Positions 9,660-22,246 of a stretch of DNA of 64,000 bases are shown here, one piece after another. The position numbers and the translations under genes are program-made. This DNA is from Phaeosaccion multiseriatum. Its lineage: Eukaryota > Protista > Ochrophyta, other classes. Every line of letters starts with the position of its first letter. Positions within the stretch are counted from its first letter, which is position 1. The notes below the pieces were generated by a model that saw only the letters and a program-made list of their open reading frames with translations, did not search any database and had not been told where the DNA came from. Where the stretch lies: contig OZ218960.1 of the NCBI GenBank assembly GCA_965112735.1, positions 1,302,001-1,366,000 on the forward strand. The letters are read 5' to 3'.

Positions 9660-12162
9660 TTACACCTCCTTGGCGAGAGCGAGCGCCGACAATGAGCCAG
9701 TCCCACTGCCTCTGCTGAAGTGAAGGCTGTCTTCTTCCCCACCCCCACCATCAGTTGTGTCGTCTGCGCTCCTGCCTTGCCCAGGCGGGAGTAAGTCACT
9801 CCAATGCGTCGCCATTTGGCGCACGCCTTTCTCGTCTTCAAGCATCAGTCCGACCACCCCTTCGAGCTTCAAACCCTGACCCTGACCCTGCCCTTGACCC
9901 TGGCCCAGACCCTGACCTTGACCCTGCCCCTGACTCTGACCCTGATCCTGACTCTGATCCTGACCTTCACTACTACAATTGGATACACCCTGCTGGAGAG
10001 AGCCTTCGGAGAAGAGACTGAGAGAGTGGCTCGATCGGGTGACTTCTTGGCGCGAAACCGTTACGTGCGGCAGTCCTGATGTGACCATGGCCTGAAGGTC
10101 TAGACCAGCAGAGCTCTGGGCAAGCGTTGCAGCAGCAGCAGGTGAAGGAGGTGGATGAGGAGGAGGAGGAAGAGGAGGGGGCGGAGGAACAGTAGCAGTA
10201 GCAGCAGCAGGAGGAAGAGTGGGAGGAGGAGGAGGAGGAGGAGGAGGAGGAGGAGGAGAGGCAGACAGGGAGACAGGCAGACAGGCAGACAGGCAGAAAG
10301 CAGACATGCAGAAACGAATAAGGAAAGCAGGGATTGTGGATGATTGTCATTCGGAGCTGCGCTACAGTCTCTGCGTGTGAATGCCTGGTGTCCGGACGGT
10401 GTGCAGACGTGGACTCACCTCTGCGGTGCTGCTCCTCTCCTCCTCTCGGAGGGCAAGGGTGACGGCAACTGCCTGGGCCTGCTCATCGGAAACGTGCCCA
10501 ATTGCGGTCAGGTCGACCACCGCTCCCATGGGTAGGGAAGGGCATTCAGCCCAGGGGGGCTTGTAGGCCAGAGTGACGTGATCGGCGCAGCCACTGAAGA
10601 CGGTGTGTAGCGGGCGGGACTGCTCAGGGGGGGGGGGGGGAGAAGAGAGGGGAGAGGGAGGTGGAGAGGGGAGAGGGGAGAGGGGAGAGGGGAGAGGGGA
10701 GAGGGGAGAGGGGAGAGGGGGGAGGGGAGAGGGAGAGCGGGAGAGAGGGGCGAATCAGCCCACGATACCCATAAGAATACATGTAGTTGATGTGTCTCAA
10801 GCCCAACCAGAGGCAAAGACACACAGATTTCCCACCCCAACCGAGGGGAAGCCGATTGCCTCTCCTACCCACCCCTGCCTCCTTGCCTGTATCACCCTCC
10901 CTGCCTCCTTGCTGTATGGTACCTTTGCCCAAGCCTACTTCACTTACCCAGTCGAGCAAGGCTTGACGAGACTTCTCCGTCAGAAAGACAGCGCTGTACG
11001 CCACATGCAGCCCCCTTCCCTCCGCCGCCTGCCCGAGCTCAAGTAGCGCCGCGCTTGAAGTTGAAGTTGAAGTTGAAGACGAAGTCGCTGAGGGTGGAGC
11101 TGACGATGTTGGAGCCGCTGAAGCCAACAAAGGAGGTGAAAGTGTGGGAGCGGAAGGCGGAGGAGGTGATGGCAGTAGAGGAGATACGTGTGGAGGAGCT
11201 GCTGCTGCTGTGTTGAGCAGCGACGCCTCTACGCGGTAGAAGGAGTTCGGCCGGCGACCCTGCATGGCGCACAGGTGAATGGATTCCACCTTTTGGTAAC
11301 CCAGTGGCGGTTGTCGGCCTTCTCCTGCTCCTCCTGCATTACCAGCTGCTGCTACTGCTGCTGCTACTCCTCCTGCTGTTCCTCCTGTCCCTGCCTCTCC
11401 TCCTCCTACCGCCCCTCCTGCTTTTCCCCCACCCTCTCTTCCTGCTGCTGCTCCTCTTCTTGGAGAGGCCATATAGTGCAATAGTGAAGCTGGTACGTCT
11501 ATAGTGCTGATGTCATCGCGTGCTGCGCCCTTGAGCTGGGAAAGCTTGCATATGGTCATGTGAGGCTCGTAAGGGTCTCTGTTGCCAGCCAGTCCTATAC
11601 CCTCCTCTCTCATCCTCGCCAGTAGCTCCGCCACGAAGCTCTGCAGACGGGGAACCCCGTTGGGCTGAGCGTGCAGCACAGACCGCCCAAAGAAGCCCAT
11701 TCCTTCAAAACGGAACTCAAACTCCCGAGAGAGGTACTGCCGCAGCAAGCCTTCACTGCCCCTCAATACGTTGCTTGCCGTGCGGATCGCAGCTTGACTC
11801 CGCAGCTCAAGCACCGCCAGCGTGATGTGCAGAGAGTGAGGGTCCGTTGAGGCGTCGCTCAGACGCGGGTCACCAGCCACCAGCTCGCTCTGGACGTACT
11901 GTACAGACTCGATGAGGGCAGGATCTGTGATGCGAAATCCGATAAAGTGAGTAGGTCGGCTACCGCCGCCTCTCGCCCCCACCCGCCCCCTCCATTGTCG
12001 CCGGCCGCTTTGGCCCCTTACTGCCATTTCTCCTCTCCCTCCTCGTCCTGTTTGCGGCTGGTCTCTGACTCTTGCCCGCCCGCCGCTTGTGCTACTCGCT
12101 CCTCCCAATGGTGGTGCTCCTATCCGATCCTTTCCAGCTTCTTGTCTCCACCCCTCGCTCAT
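9660..12162 (-). CDS. Protein with two 2H-phosphoesterase domains (AKAP7/LigT-like plus a second, CPDase-like domain)
   Basis: Domain 1: RPTHFIGFRITDP..LHITL..EPHMTI (AKAP7-type). Domain 2 after the intron at 10947: YSAVFLTEKSRQALLDW|SRPLHTVFSGCADHVTLAYKP..GHVSDEQAQAVAV ... LPHVTVS. Start is ATG 12162 or the upstream ATG 12393. Confidence 0.75.
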
Positions 12163-12510
12163 CCTTTTCCTCTTCGTCTTCTTCTCCCCCACGCGGGGGA
12201 GCTTGGCAAGGGGAAGACCTCTCGGGAAGGACGTCGAAGGGAGCGGCCAGAGCAGGCGCAGGCAAAGCCAAAAGGGCAAGAAGCGCGCCGAGCCTGCTCT
12301 GCTTCTGTACGCCCTGTACACACTCCCTCTCAATCTACCCTTTCGCTCGCGATGTGAGCTGAGGCGGGGGCACTGGGACCGGCAGCTCCTCATCAGGGGA
12401 ATAAAGAAGGGAGGAAAAAGTAAAAGAGGGACACCTTTTGATCATCGATGATCGCATCGGCGTACGCCAATTTGTATCACCAACTCCCCTTTCATTTTTC
12501 TTCACTTCCT

Positions 12511-12567
<57 letters not shown>

Positions 12568-12627
12568 GGTTCTCTCCTCCTTCTATGTAGCACTGACCCG
12601 ACCACTCTTAAGAACAGGACAGCGACG

Positions 12628-13485
12628 ATGAGCGTGACAGGGTTGGTAGTGCTGGTGACGGGAGCTTCCTCAGGCCTGGGCCGGAGTATGGCGATGACCC
12701 TGGCGAGGCACGGGGCCCATGTCGCGGTGGCAGCTCGAAGGTTGGACAAGCTGGAGGATCTGGAGCGAGAAATACGCCAGGAGCAAGACAACAGAGCAGA
12801 GAGGGCAGGAAGGGCGACAACAGGGGCGGCAGCAGCAGGGGCTGCAGGTGTTGGCTTGGCAGCAGGGGCGAAGGGTGGGGGAAGGGGCAGGGTTTTGGCT
12901 TTAAAGATGGATGTGACCGATCCGGACAGCATCAATGCGGCCGTAAAGCAGGCCGAAGAGAGTCTTGGGCCTATCACCGTGCTGGTGAACAACGCAGGGG
13001 TGGCGGTGGACAAGCCGGCCCTGCGGCAAACGCCCGCCGACTGGAGCAAGTGCATCGACACCAACCTCACAGGGCCCTGGCTCGTGGCTCAGGCAGTAGG
13101 GCGCCGCATGCTTAAACACAAGACGGGGGGGAGCATCATCAACATTGCCAGCGTGGCGGGCCTGGCTCCCACGAGCTACATGCCGGGCTACTGTGCGAGC
13201 AAGGCGGGGTTGGTACACCTTACCAAATGCCTCGCGCTCGAGTGGGCTCGCTTCGGCATCCGAGTCAACGCCATCTGCCCCGGATACATTGAGACAGACA
13301 TGAACAAGGCCTTCTTCAAGACGCCGGCCGCGGAGAAGGTTCTGAAGAAGATTCCGCAGCAGAGGCTCGGGCACGCCTCAGACCTGGACGCACTTCTGCT
13401 ACTCATGGCAGACTCGGCTGCGTCGGGTTATATGACGGGCACCATCGTTAACGTGGATGGAGGCATGTTGGTCAGCAACTTGTGA
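12628..13485 (+). CDS. Classical short-chain dehydrogenase/reductase (FabG-like), intronless
   Basis: TGASSGLG cofactor motif, NNAG, catalytic S...YCASK, IRVNAICPG, and YMTG-x-x-x-x-VDGG. Confidence 0.93.
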   Translation: MSVTGLVVLVTGASSGLGRSMAMTLARHGAHVAVAARRLDKLEDLEREIRQEQDNRAERAGRATTGAAAAGAAGVGLAAGAKGGGRGRVLALKMDVTDPDSINAAVKQAEESLGPITVLVNNAGVAVDKPALRQTPADWSKCIDTNLTGPWLVAQAVGRRMLKHKTGGSIINIASVAGLAPTSYMPGYCASKAGLVHLTKCLALEWARFGIRVNAICPGYIETDMNKAFFKTPAAEKVLKKIPQQRLGHASDLDALLLLMADSAASGYMTGTIVNVDGGMLVSNL

Positions 13486-13881
13486 GGCAGTAGAGTGGTG
13501 GGTGCCGAATGGGCCGTTGCGAACATGTTGATCTTGTTGGGCACCCCTCCACATGCGTCGCGAGAGACAGACAGACATGCCAGATACAGACAGAAGAGAG
13601 GCCGATGGCTGGGATCTGGGGTCTCGGTTTTGCCCCAGCTCATGCCCCAGCTCTATATGCCATGTCGAATGGGACTCGTCGTTAAATGCTAAATGTATGT
13701 ATAGCGAGGTCAATAAGCGGCTCTTCCCTTGCTGCGGGAGGCGCTCATTCGGTGGTGGCATGGGTTCATACTCTCCCTCCATCCTCCATCCTCCATCCTC
13801 GTCCTCATCCTCGTCCTCGTCCGTCCTCCTCCTCCCAGTCCTCCCCCCTCTTCCTTCTCCCAAAAAGGGGTCTGCCTGCCC

Positions 13882-16800
13882 TCACGTGAGGTCATACACG
13901 ACGATCTCTTTCTTCTTTTCCTCCTTGTCAATGCTCGGTCCACCACCACCCCCACCCCCACTGGTAGAGGCAGAAGCAGGGGCAGAGGACGGAGAGCGAG
14001 CCTTGGCCGCCTGGGGCTGAAAGAACGCCTTCATACTGGGCGAAGACGGCTTACCACCCTTTGCCTTGCCCCTCCCTCCTCCTGCTGCTGCTGCTCCCTT
14101 CCGCGGCTTTTTGGCCGCCTGCTGCTGCTGTGGGAGGAAGTTGTTGGTGTTGGAAGCCTTCCTCTTCAAAGGCTGTCCCACACTGCTGCTGGGGCTGCTG
14201 CTGCTGCTGCTACTACTGCTGCTGCTGCTGCTGCTGGAGCTGCTGGCCGTGGGCTTGAAGAAACTCGTGATGCTTTTGGGTGCCGTCATGGCGCTCTTCT
14301 GTGCCTGTTTACGCACGGGACGGGGGACACACACACACGCACGGGGGGGTAGGGGCACCCACCCAAGGGAGGAAGGGGATGGCCAAAGCCCACCCAAGTC
14401 GAGACGTGGTAAGGAGTAAGGGGTAAGGGGTTGATGGCGGCAACAAATAATCTGGTGATCAACACGGTGTCCCCGACACTGTCGAGACGGTCCACAGTCC
14501 CGACTGTGTAGAAGAGACGATCTCCCACCTCTCACCGCCTCACCAAGTTTTGTCGCATCGCGCCACACAAATTACACAGACATTCAATCGTGTTACCGTA
14601 CACACACACACACACACACGCGCGCGCGCTAACCCATTCTCTGCATGACTGTATTTGTCTGTGCCTGTGTGCGTATGTTTGCAGTGTTTGTGGGGCCTGA
14701 CTCACCTTGGGACATACGGCTGCGACATCCTCCGTCCGGGCCCGCAACAAATCCTTGGCCCTCGACTGCTGCACTACCGCACAGTGGCCCCTGAGATCGT
14801 CCAGCACCTCCTCGGGCAGCTTCACACCCACTATCTTGGTCTCATCGTCCAGCAAGGCACGGTATACTTTGAGCTTCTGGTCCTGCTTGGCTGCGAGGAG
14901 GAGAGAGGAGGAGGAAGAAGCACAGGGAGGAGGTTGGGGAGTGAGTAGGGGGGTGGAATTGAATGTAGGGTAGAGTGAGTCAAAGAGGGAGAAGAGTGTG
15001 GAGAGAGACGCTGTGGGAGGCGGTATATGCATGTGGTACATGCACGCACACGCACACACATACACACACATACACGCATACACACACGCACACACACACC
15101 ACACGCATACACACAACCCGCCCCCTTGCGACTCACTCATGTGGTGCCCTGAGGTGGCCACGGTGCTCTCCAGGGCCTTCCACAGGGCCATAACGTTGCC
15201 TGAGAGCATACCCACAACGACTCTCCTGCAGCCCTTCCCATCGGAGTCCGCTTTCACGAAGCAGGAGGTCCACGCCTCCTCTATCCTCTGGAGAGTGGTC
15301 GCCGATCGCGCGCGCCCCCTACTCTCCTCGTCGTCCTCCTCCTCCTGCTCCTCCTCTGCCCCCTCCTCCTCTTCCTCCTCCTCCTCGCCATCCTCGTCCT
15401 CCTGCTTCTCCTCCTCCTGCTCCTCCTGCTGCTGCCGCTTCTCCTCGCCCCCCTCTATCACCATATCCGCTTGGGATGCCGTATCCTCCTCGCACTCGGG
15501 CGTCTCACTACTCTCTGCCCCTGCCCCCCCTCCCCGCTTCCTTTTCCTGCGCTTCTTCTCCTCGCTCCGCCGGGCCTTTCTCTCGCTCGCCTCTCGCTCG
15601 GCCCAGCAGCCCTCTGCACCATCCACCCTGCGATACTTTGCCCGAAGTTCGTCTCTGCCCATCTCAAAGGGGCTGGTGCCGGTGTTGGGCCTCGTGATGA
15701 TAAACTGGTGCCGATCCTTCTGGACTGCGAGCACGTACAGCTGCTTCTGTGTCTTGATGTCCGTGTGGTAGGACTCATAGAAACCCGTACCCTTCAACAA
15801 CGGCTCTCCGTCTGCATTCTTGGGCGTATTGTCAATCGCGTCTCGCCGCTTCTGCACAGCAGCTTCCCAAGACACGCCCCGATCCATGACCAGAGTGGAC
15901 AGCAGCGTCTCCGCCCCTGTGAACGGGCATGTGCCCACCACCTCGGGCTCCTCGGGGCGGGTCACGGACGTCGCTCGCAGGTCCGCCACACCCTGACCAC
16001 AAGCGCACACACGGACAGACACATTCACGCACACCCACACACAAGCACACCACACCACACACACACACACCACACCCCACACACATACATACATGCACGC
16101 ACGCACGCACGCACGCACACACACACAGGCAGACACACACGCACGAGAAAGGGGCGGTGGGGACAGGCCCATGGCAAGCGGCCAGAGGCAGGGCACAGAA
16201 CAAACAAGACAAGGCGTAAAGAGAGGTACATGTATATGCAATCCATTCTCATGTCCTCAAAACTGCCATCTCCAGCGGGTATAGCGTCATCGCCTCATCC
16301 ATCTCCCTCACCTCATCGTACGTCCCCGCGGCCCTCGCCTCCATGATAGTGCCCTCAAGACACGCCATAAAGTAGTTGAACATGAGATTTTGGCGGCCGA
16401 TCTGCAGCCCCTGTAGCCTGTTGAGGAAGGCCTTCACGTTGCCGTCATCAGGCTTGTCGATCGACATGTCCTGTGAGTATGGAGCGTGGAGCATGGAGGG
16501 AGGAAGAGGGGGTGTGAGTGAGTGAGTGAGTGAGTGTGTGAGTGAGTGAGTGAGTGAGTGAGTGAGTGTGTGAGTGAGTGAGTGAGTGAGTGAAGTGAAG
16601 TGAGTGAGTGAATGAGTGAGTGAGTGAGTGAGTGAGTGAAGTGAAGTGAAGTGAGTGAGTGAATGAGTGAGTGAGGTGAAGTGAGTGAGTGAGTGAATGA
16701 GTGAGTCGCCGCGAAGTAAGAAGGAGTGGCCGTGGAGCGGGGTGTGGAGTATGGAGTGAGTGTGGTGGCGAACGAGGGCGTGGCGCAAGGGAGTGGGCAA

Positions 16801-18528
16801 GCCAGCAAGGAAAGCAAGCCACAAGCAAGCATGTCATCCCTCCCTCTCCCTCACCTCCATCGCCTTGCCCATCGCCTCGAGCGCAATTCGGCTCTTCTCT
16901 CTGTCGCTCAGCGGCCCTAACACGCCCCCCCCGTCCTCGGCCGTTACATACGGCCAAATACTGTCCATGGCAACATTCTTGACAAGTGTGGAGGCGGTAG
17001 AGGGAGCAGCAGCAGCAGCAGCAGCAGCGGCGGCGGCGGTGGCATCCGCGGTGGTGCCTCCACCCGCCGTGACGGCACTGGCCACCGCAGCCGCGGCCGC
17101 TGCGGCAGCCGCAGGGTTGCTAGCGCTAGCCCCACTGTAGTTTCCAGCCTTGATGTTTCTGTACATGGCGATGAGAGAGGTTCGGCCGTACTCTGTGCGA
17201 GGGGAGGGGGAGGGGAGGGGATGAGAGGAGAGCAGAGGGAAGAATGGAGGCAAGACCCCTGAGTTCAAAGCGTGGGAAACAAGGCGCGGCCTGGAGCGAG
17301 CCAAAGCGATTCGTACAGCTCGCTCCTCTATGTTGCTCACTCCTCACTAACTTACTGTTGTCAAAGTCGAAGCACTTGAGATCCTGCCCCGTGGCAGCCC
17401 GGCGATCGCCCTTGGTCAAAGCACCCAGGCTCATCAGCCTCTTGGCCACAGACGCCTGAAAGTGCAGCGACATTGCATGGGATAGGGGCAGGGGCAGGGG
17501 CAGGGTTAGAAGGTGGAAAGTAAGGGTGGAATCACCATGCCAGCCCAAACAGAAAACAAAAGTCAAAACAACACACACCAAATCCGCGCCGATCGATAAG
17601 GGAAGAAGCAGAACAAGAGAATGCCCCTATTGTTAGTGCCATAAAGTGCCCTCCTTCTCTCACCGCGAAGCGCCGCTCCCCCCCCAGGTTAGTGACAAGC
17701 AGTCGGAAGATTGGTGCCGTCATTTGGTTGGAGCGGTGGCTCCTTCCGAGCTGCTGAATGGCCTTGTCCGCACTCCAAGGCAGCTCGAGAGTAATGTGCA
17801 GGCGGCGAAAGGCCTGCCCCGGGGTGCCGATGGCCGAGTGGAGGGACACACCAGTGCTTGCGGCCTGTGCGGGTAGTGTATTGGAGGGGGTGTTTTCGTT
17901 GTTGTCAGGGTGTCACAGCGCGTATTGCACAGACGACAAGGCAGCACGTATTGCAGATGATAGGGCCAGAGAGCATATGACGGGGGGCAGAAGGACGTTT
18001 TGCCTTACTCACGTCTGAGATGATGGCCACGCGCTTCTTGCCTTGCATGAAGAGTTTGCGCTCGCTGTATAGCGTGTAGGGAGAGGGAAGGAAGGAAGGA
18101 AGGAAGGAAGGAAGGAAGGAAGGAAGGAAGGAAGGAAAGGAGAGAGAGGCGGGGGGGGGGGAGGGAGGAAGGGAGAGCGTCACAAGTCGCCGACGCGAAA
18201 GGCGCTGAATCGGGGATGGGGCGGGGGGACTGTGGAGCACCCACGCACGCACGCACACACTCACGCGACATTGATCTTGTCGTCGGACCCGTCGTGGCGC
18301 TGCTCGAAGCGGAGCTTGCCGTCCCTCTCGCTGCGGACGAGTCTGCAAGAACGACCAGTCATCTCCGCCACCTTACGTAGAGTTACGTGTTGGTTACGTA
18401 CGGTGAGGCAGTGAGGCGTGAGATTTAAGGTGTGAGATGTTCGGCGTGTGAGGTGTTAGGCGGGCACATGAGTTATGCTGTGAGCAGTGCCGTGATGCAG
18501 GGCCAGCATCGACCGACATGACGAACAG

Positions 18529-18590
<62 letters not shown>

Positions 18591-21500
18591 TCCCCGGGCC
18601 TCCAAGCTGGTCAATGAGGGCATCAAGAGGAGAAGGCGGCAACTGCAGCCCCCTCAGGGTTTCCAGTAGCCTCTGCTGGTGCTGCAGCCACTCGCCCACC
18701 GCCGCGTCGCCGTCCTGTGAGATGGCTATCTGCCTGGATGGTGGAGTAGAGAGTGTGTGGAGCAGCACAGCGGAGGGGAGGCGAGGGTAGGGGGGGCGGG
18801 GCGAGGAGGGATGAGAAGGCAGAGGGGAGAGGGGAGGCGGGGCAAGGGAGGCAAGGCGAAACCCTTGTACGTACATAAGTAACCTTACGCCTGTCCTTGT
18901 AACCCTACACGTACGTACCTGGCCTCTTCGCGGACCCTCGCCTCTGTCTGTCGCTGCTTGTACTCTGCGCGATACTTTGCTTCATCCGCCGCATCCACGG
19001 GCTTTCCCACCAGCGTCATCACTCGCTCCTTCCAATTAAGGATGGAGTACTCCACCTCTTCATCGGTAGGTACATGCTCCGGCGGCGGGGGCACCTTCTT
19101 CACAGGGAAAGTGCTCTCAATGAAACGCTCCACTCCGTAGCGAGCCGAGCACGGGATGCTCCCCCCCCCCTTGCCTCCTAAGGTATCCCCGGGCTTCTTG
19201 TTGAGTTGCGTCATCGCCTTGTCCAACCCTGCCTCGCCCGTCGACTGAAGACCCACCACCACTGACATGCCCTGCTCAATAGCTTCGAGGGCCTGCTCGG
19301 CAATGGGCCCTACCTTGGCCGCGTTGGCAAGCTCCTTGAAGAAGCGCTGCTGCACGCTCCAGAAGGGCCGCATGGGAGAGCAGCGGTGCTCCCCTTCCGT
19401 GCACCCCGACTTCTTCCCGCACATGCCGCCCCTCCCGAGGGCGCTCGCTGCTCGCTCCGTGGTGCGCCTCAGGTCCAAGACTGGGGGGTTGAGAATTCGG
19501 GTTTCGAGTTGATGAAGGGTTTGGATAGTGAGTTGAGAATGGGTTTGAGAGTGGGTAAATGACATGTTGACATGTGGGTTGAGAAGGGGTTGGTTTGTGG
19601 GTTTACAGTGAGTTGGTAAGTGCTATACTTGAGCTGATGAGGATGGAACGAATGGACATGTGGCGATACAACAGCCTCATGAACTTACAGAAGGTGGCGG
19701 CATCGTCGTACATCCGGGCCATGTCGGGCGCCAACTCAAATTCCTTCGTCTCAAACTCAGCGCCCTTCCACGAGAGACCCCTGGAAATGTAGGCCCCTGC
19801 CGCCTTGAGCTCCATACTCAGCATCTCCAGGGCACCCAAGCCGCGCTTCTCCATGCTCGAGGCGAATGCCTTGAAGGATTCAAAGGACGTGCCGGCTCCC
19901 CATAGCCCGAGGCGGTCCGCGTAGGCAAGGTTGCTTTGGTTGAAGGATTGATTCACAAGTCAACAAACGAACGGGAGAGGAGTGAGTGATTCGAAGTGGA
20001 GGCGAACCAAACTGTGCGTGCGCGTGTGCGTGTCTCTCTCTCCATGTGTGTGTGTTTGTGCGTATCTGTGTCCCTTTGTAGGTGTGCACAGGTGCGCGTG
20101 ACTTGCGCCTCTCTCGCTCCCTGTGCGTGCGTGCGTGAGTGCGTGCGTGTGCGTGTCGACGACAAGGCCTGCCGAAGTAAACGCAAAGCAAACTAACCTC
20201 ACGTCGGTCACTCCCGTTGCGGAGCAGTACACGATGCGGGCATTGGGCAGGGCTTGCTGCAATGCAATGACGGCCTTGGAAACCTTTGTGGACTGATCCT
20301 CGTTGGCGTGGTTGAAGTTCTTGGCCTTGTGCGCCTGTAGGAGGGGATGGGTGGAGATGGAGATGCTTGGCTCATGATGGATGGTCCGCATCGGCCACCC
20401 CTTCGCCCCTTCAATTACTCACTCACTCACTCACTCACTCACTCACTCACTCACTCACTCACTCACTCACTCACTCACTCACTCACTCACTCACTCACTC
20501 ACTCACTCACTCACTCACTCACTCACTCACCTCGTCAAACACAATACAACCGTCAAAGTCCTCCGCCCTGTTGAGGCTCTGCCCCGGCACAAAGTCCCCC
20601 TTACACCAATTCACCATCTGCTGCAGCCGACTGGGCTTGGCGCCTCTGCCCCCCATGATGAGCGTGCTGTAGGTGGAAAACATTACCCCCTTCTTCATGC
20701 TGCTCGCCATGCCCAGCCCCTTGCTCGTCGCCGCATCAATCTCCTGACACCCGTCCAAGACTCGGCAGTGGCAGCCAATGTCCGTCAGGTCTCTCTCAGC
20801 ATCGAGTCGGAGGTCGCCTGAGATGGACATCCAGATGTGCCGAGGCCGGCCTCTGCTGACGTTATCGAGTATGATGCCTGCAATCTGCCTGCCCTTGCCA
20901 ACGCCAGCCCCATCTCCGATGAAGAAGCCTGCCCTGCTGCCCCCCGGGAGTATCTGCTGGTGCCTCTGCCCTGCATACAGCACGCCTTCGAGCTGGAGGC
21001 GACTCAGCTGTGAACCGCCAACCAGGGTGTGCGTGAGAGAGGCAGAGAGGTAGAGAGGGTTGAGAGAGAGGAGGGTGAGAGAGGCAGAGAGGCACACAGG
21101 GAGCGAGAGAAGAGGGAAGGGCGGATACGGTAGATAAGCCACCAACGAAAAACGCATATATACAAGGGGGGGGGGAGGCGGGGAGCTTCGGGGCTTCCAG
21201 ACGCCTTCGGGAAAGAATGCATCGTGCCATCCTTCCGCGGTCATGCCACTTGCCTTGCACTGATCAATGATTCCCCCGGCCTCAAGGGCAACCTCGGGGT
21301 ATGTTCGCGTGGGCAGACGCACAGCCTGCAGCAGAGCACTCTCTGACACATCCCCGGGGTGCTTCTGGCCTGGAAATGCCATGGTAGAGAGCGGAAGGAG
21401 TGGGATGGACGTGGGCAGAAGAGGTGGGGGTTATAATTTCAGAAAGGGGGGAAGGTCAAGGGACGGGTGCGCGGCGAAGGAGTGAAGCAATCACGCAAGC

Positions 21501-21891
21501 TATACTTCAGAGAGGGAAGGATAGAAAAGGGGGATACCCAGAGAGAGTGACCACCCCCCCCTTCCTCTCTCCTCCTTCCACATCACTCACCAATGCTAAG
21601 TGACGAGCACGTGTAGTCAGAAAAGACTTCGATATTGACGTCCTCCTCTACCAGATCCTCCTCCTCTGCGTCCTTGGATTTCTTCTTGAGCTCCGGCTGT
21701 GGCTGCTGCGCGGGCGTGGCTCCCGCGTGTTGAGGCGGCGGGGGAGAACCGGCGCTAGCACTGCCTCCACCGTAACCAGGGGCAGCAGGATACTGCGACG
21801 AGTACTGCTGCGAAGGATATTGCGACGAGTACTGCTGCGAAGGATGCTGCTGCTGCTGATGCTCCATACTCTCCTCGCCCTTCTCCCCCAC
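13882..21891 (-). CDS. SBNO1: Strawberry notch homologue (SF2-like helicase; AAA_34 + Helicase_C_4), many exons
   Basis: [37 protein letters not shown]|[78 protein letters not shown]. The last exon (ending 13882) is inferred from an acceptor at ~14305. Start is 21891 or the next ATG. Confidence 0.92.
16514..16706. repeat. (GAGT)n/(ACTC)n tetranucleotide tract near the 3' end of an SBNO intron
   Basis: Directly visible. Confidence 0.9.
20417..20530. repeat. (TCAC)n tract; on the minus strand it is (GTGA)n starting exactly at the intron donor
   Basis: The minus strand reads GACGAG|gtgagtgagtgagt... Confidence 0.92.
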
Positions 21892-22246
21892 CCCCCGGCC
21901 TTCAACACCCTCTCGCCCCCGCCTCTCCTGCTCCGTCTTAAGGAGAAGGTGAGCCCACTGTACACGTCAGCAACAGCACTGTAGACGAGGTTCTCCCAAG
22001 GATGAAAGCTCTCTCTCACTCTCTCTCACTCTCTGGAGAGCGGCACAGGCTCGCGGGAACAACACGCGATTCAAATGCGAGCGGGAAGGTGTCGTGGAAG
22101 AGAGGATTAAGTCAGCGAAGGATGGCACTTCATGGTGTTTTTTTTCCTCCTTCTCTCCCATTTTTTTTTTCTTCTCTCCTCTTCTTTCACGTAGTACTTG
22201 GACAGTCAGCCAGTCCCCCACCCTTCACACCCTTCCTGGGAGCGTC

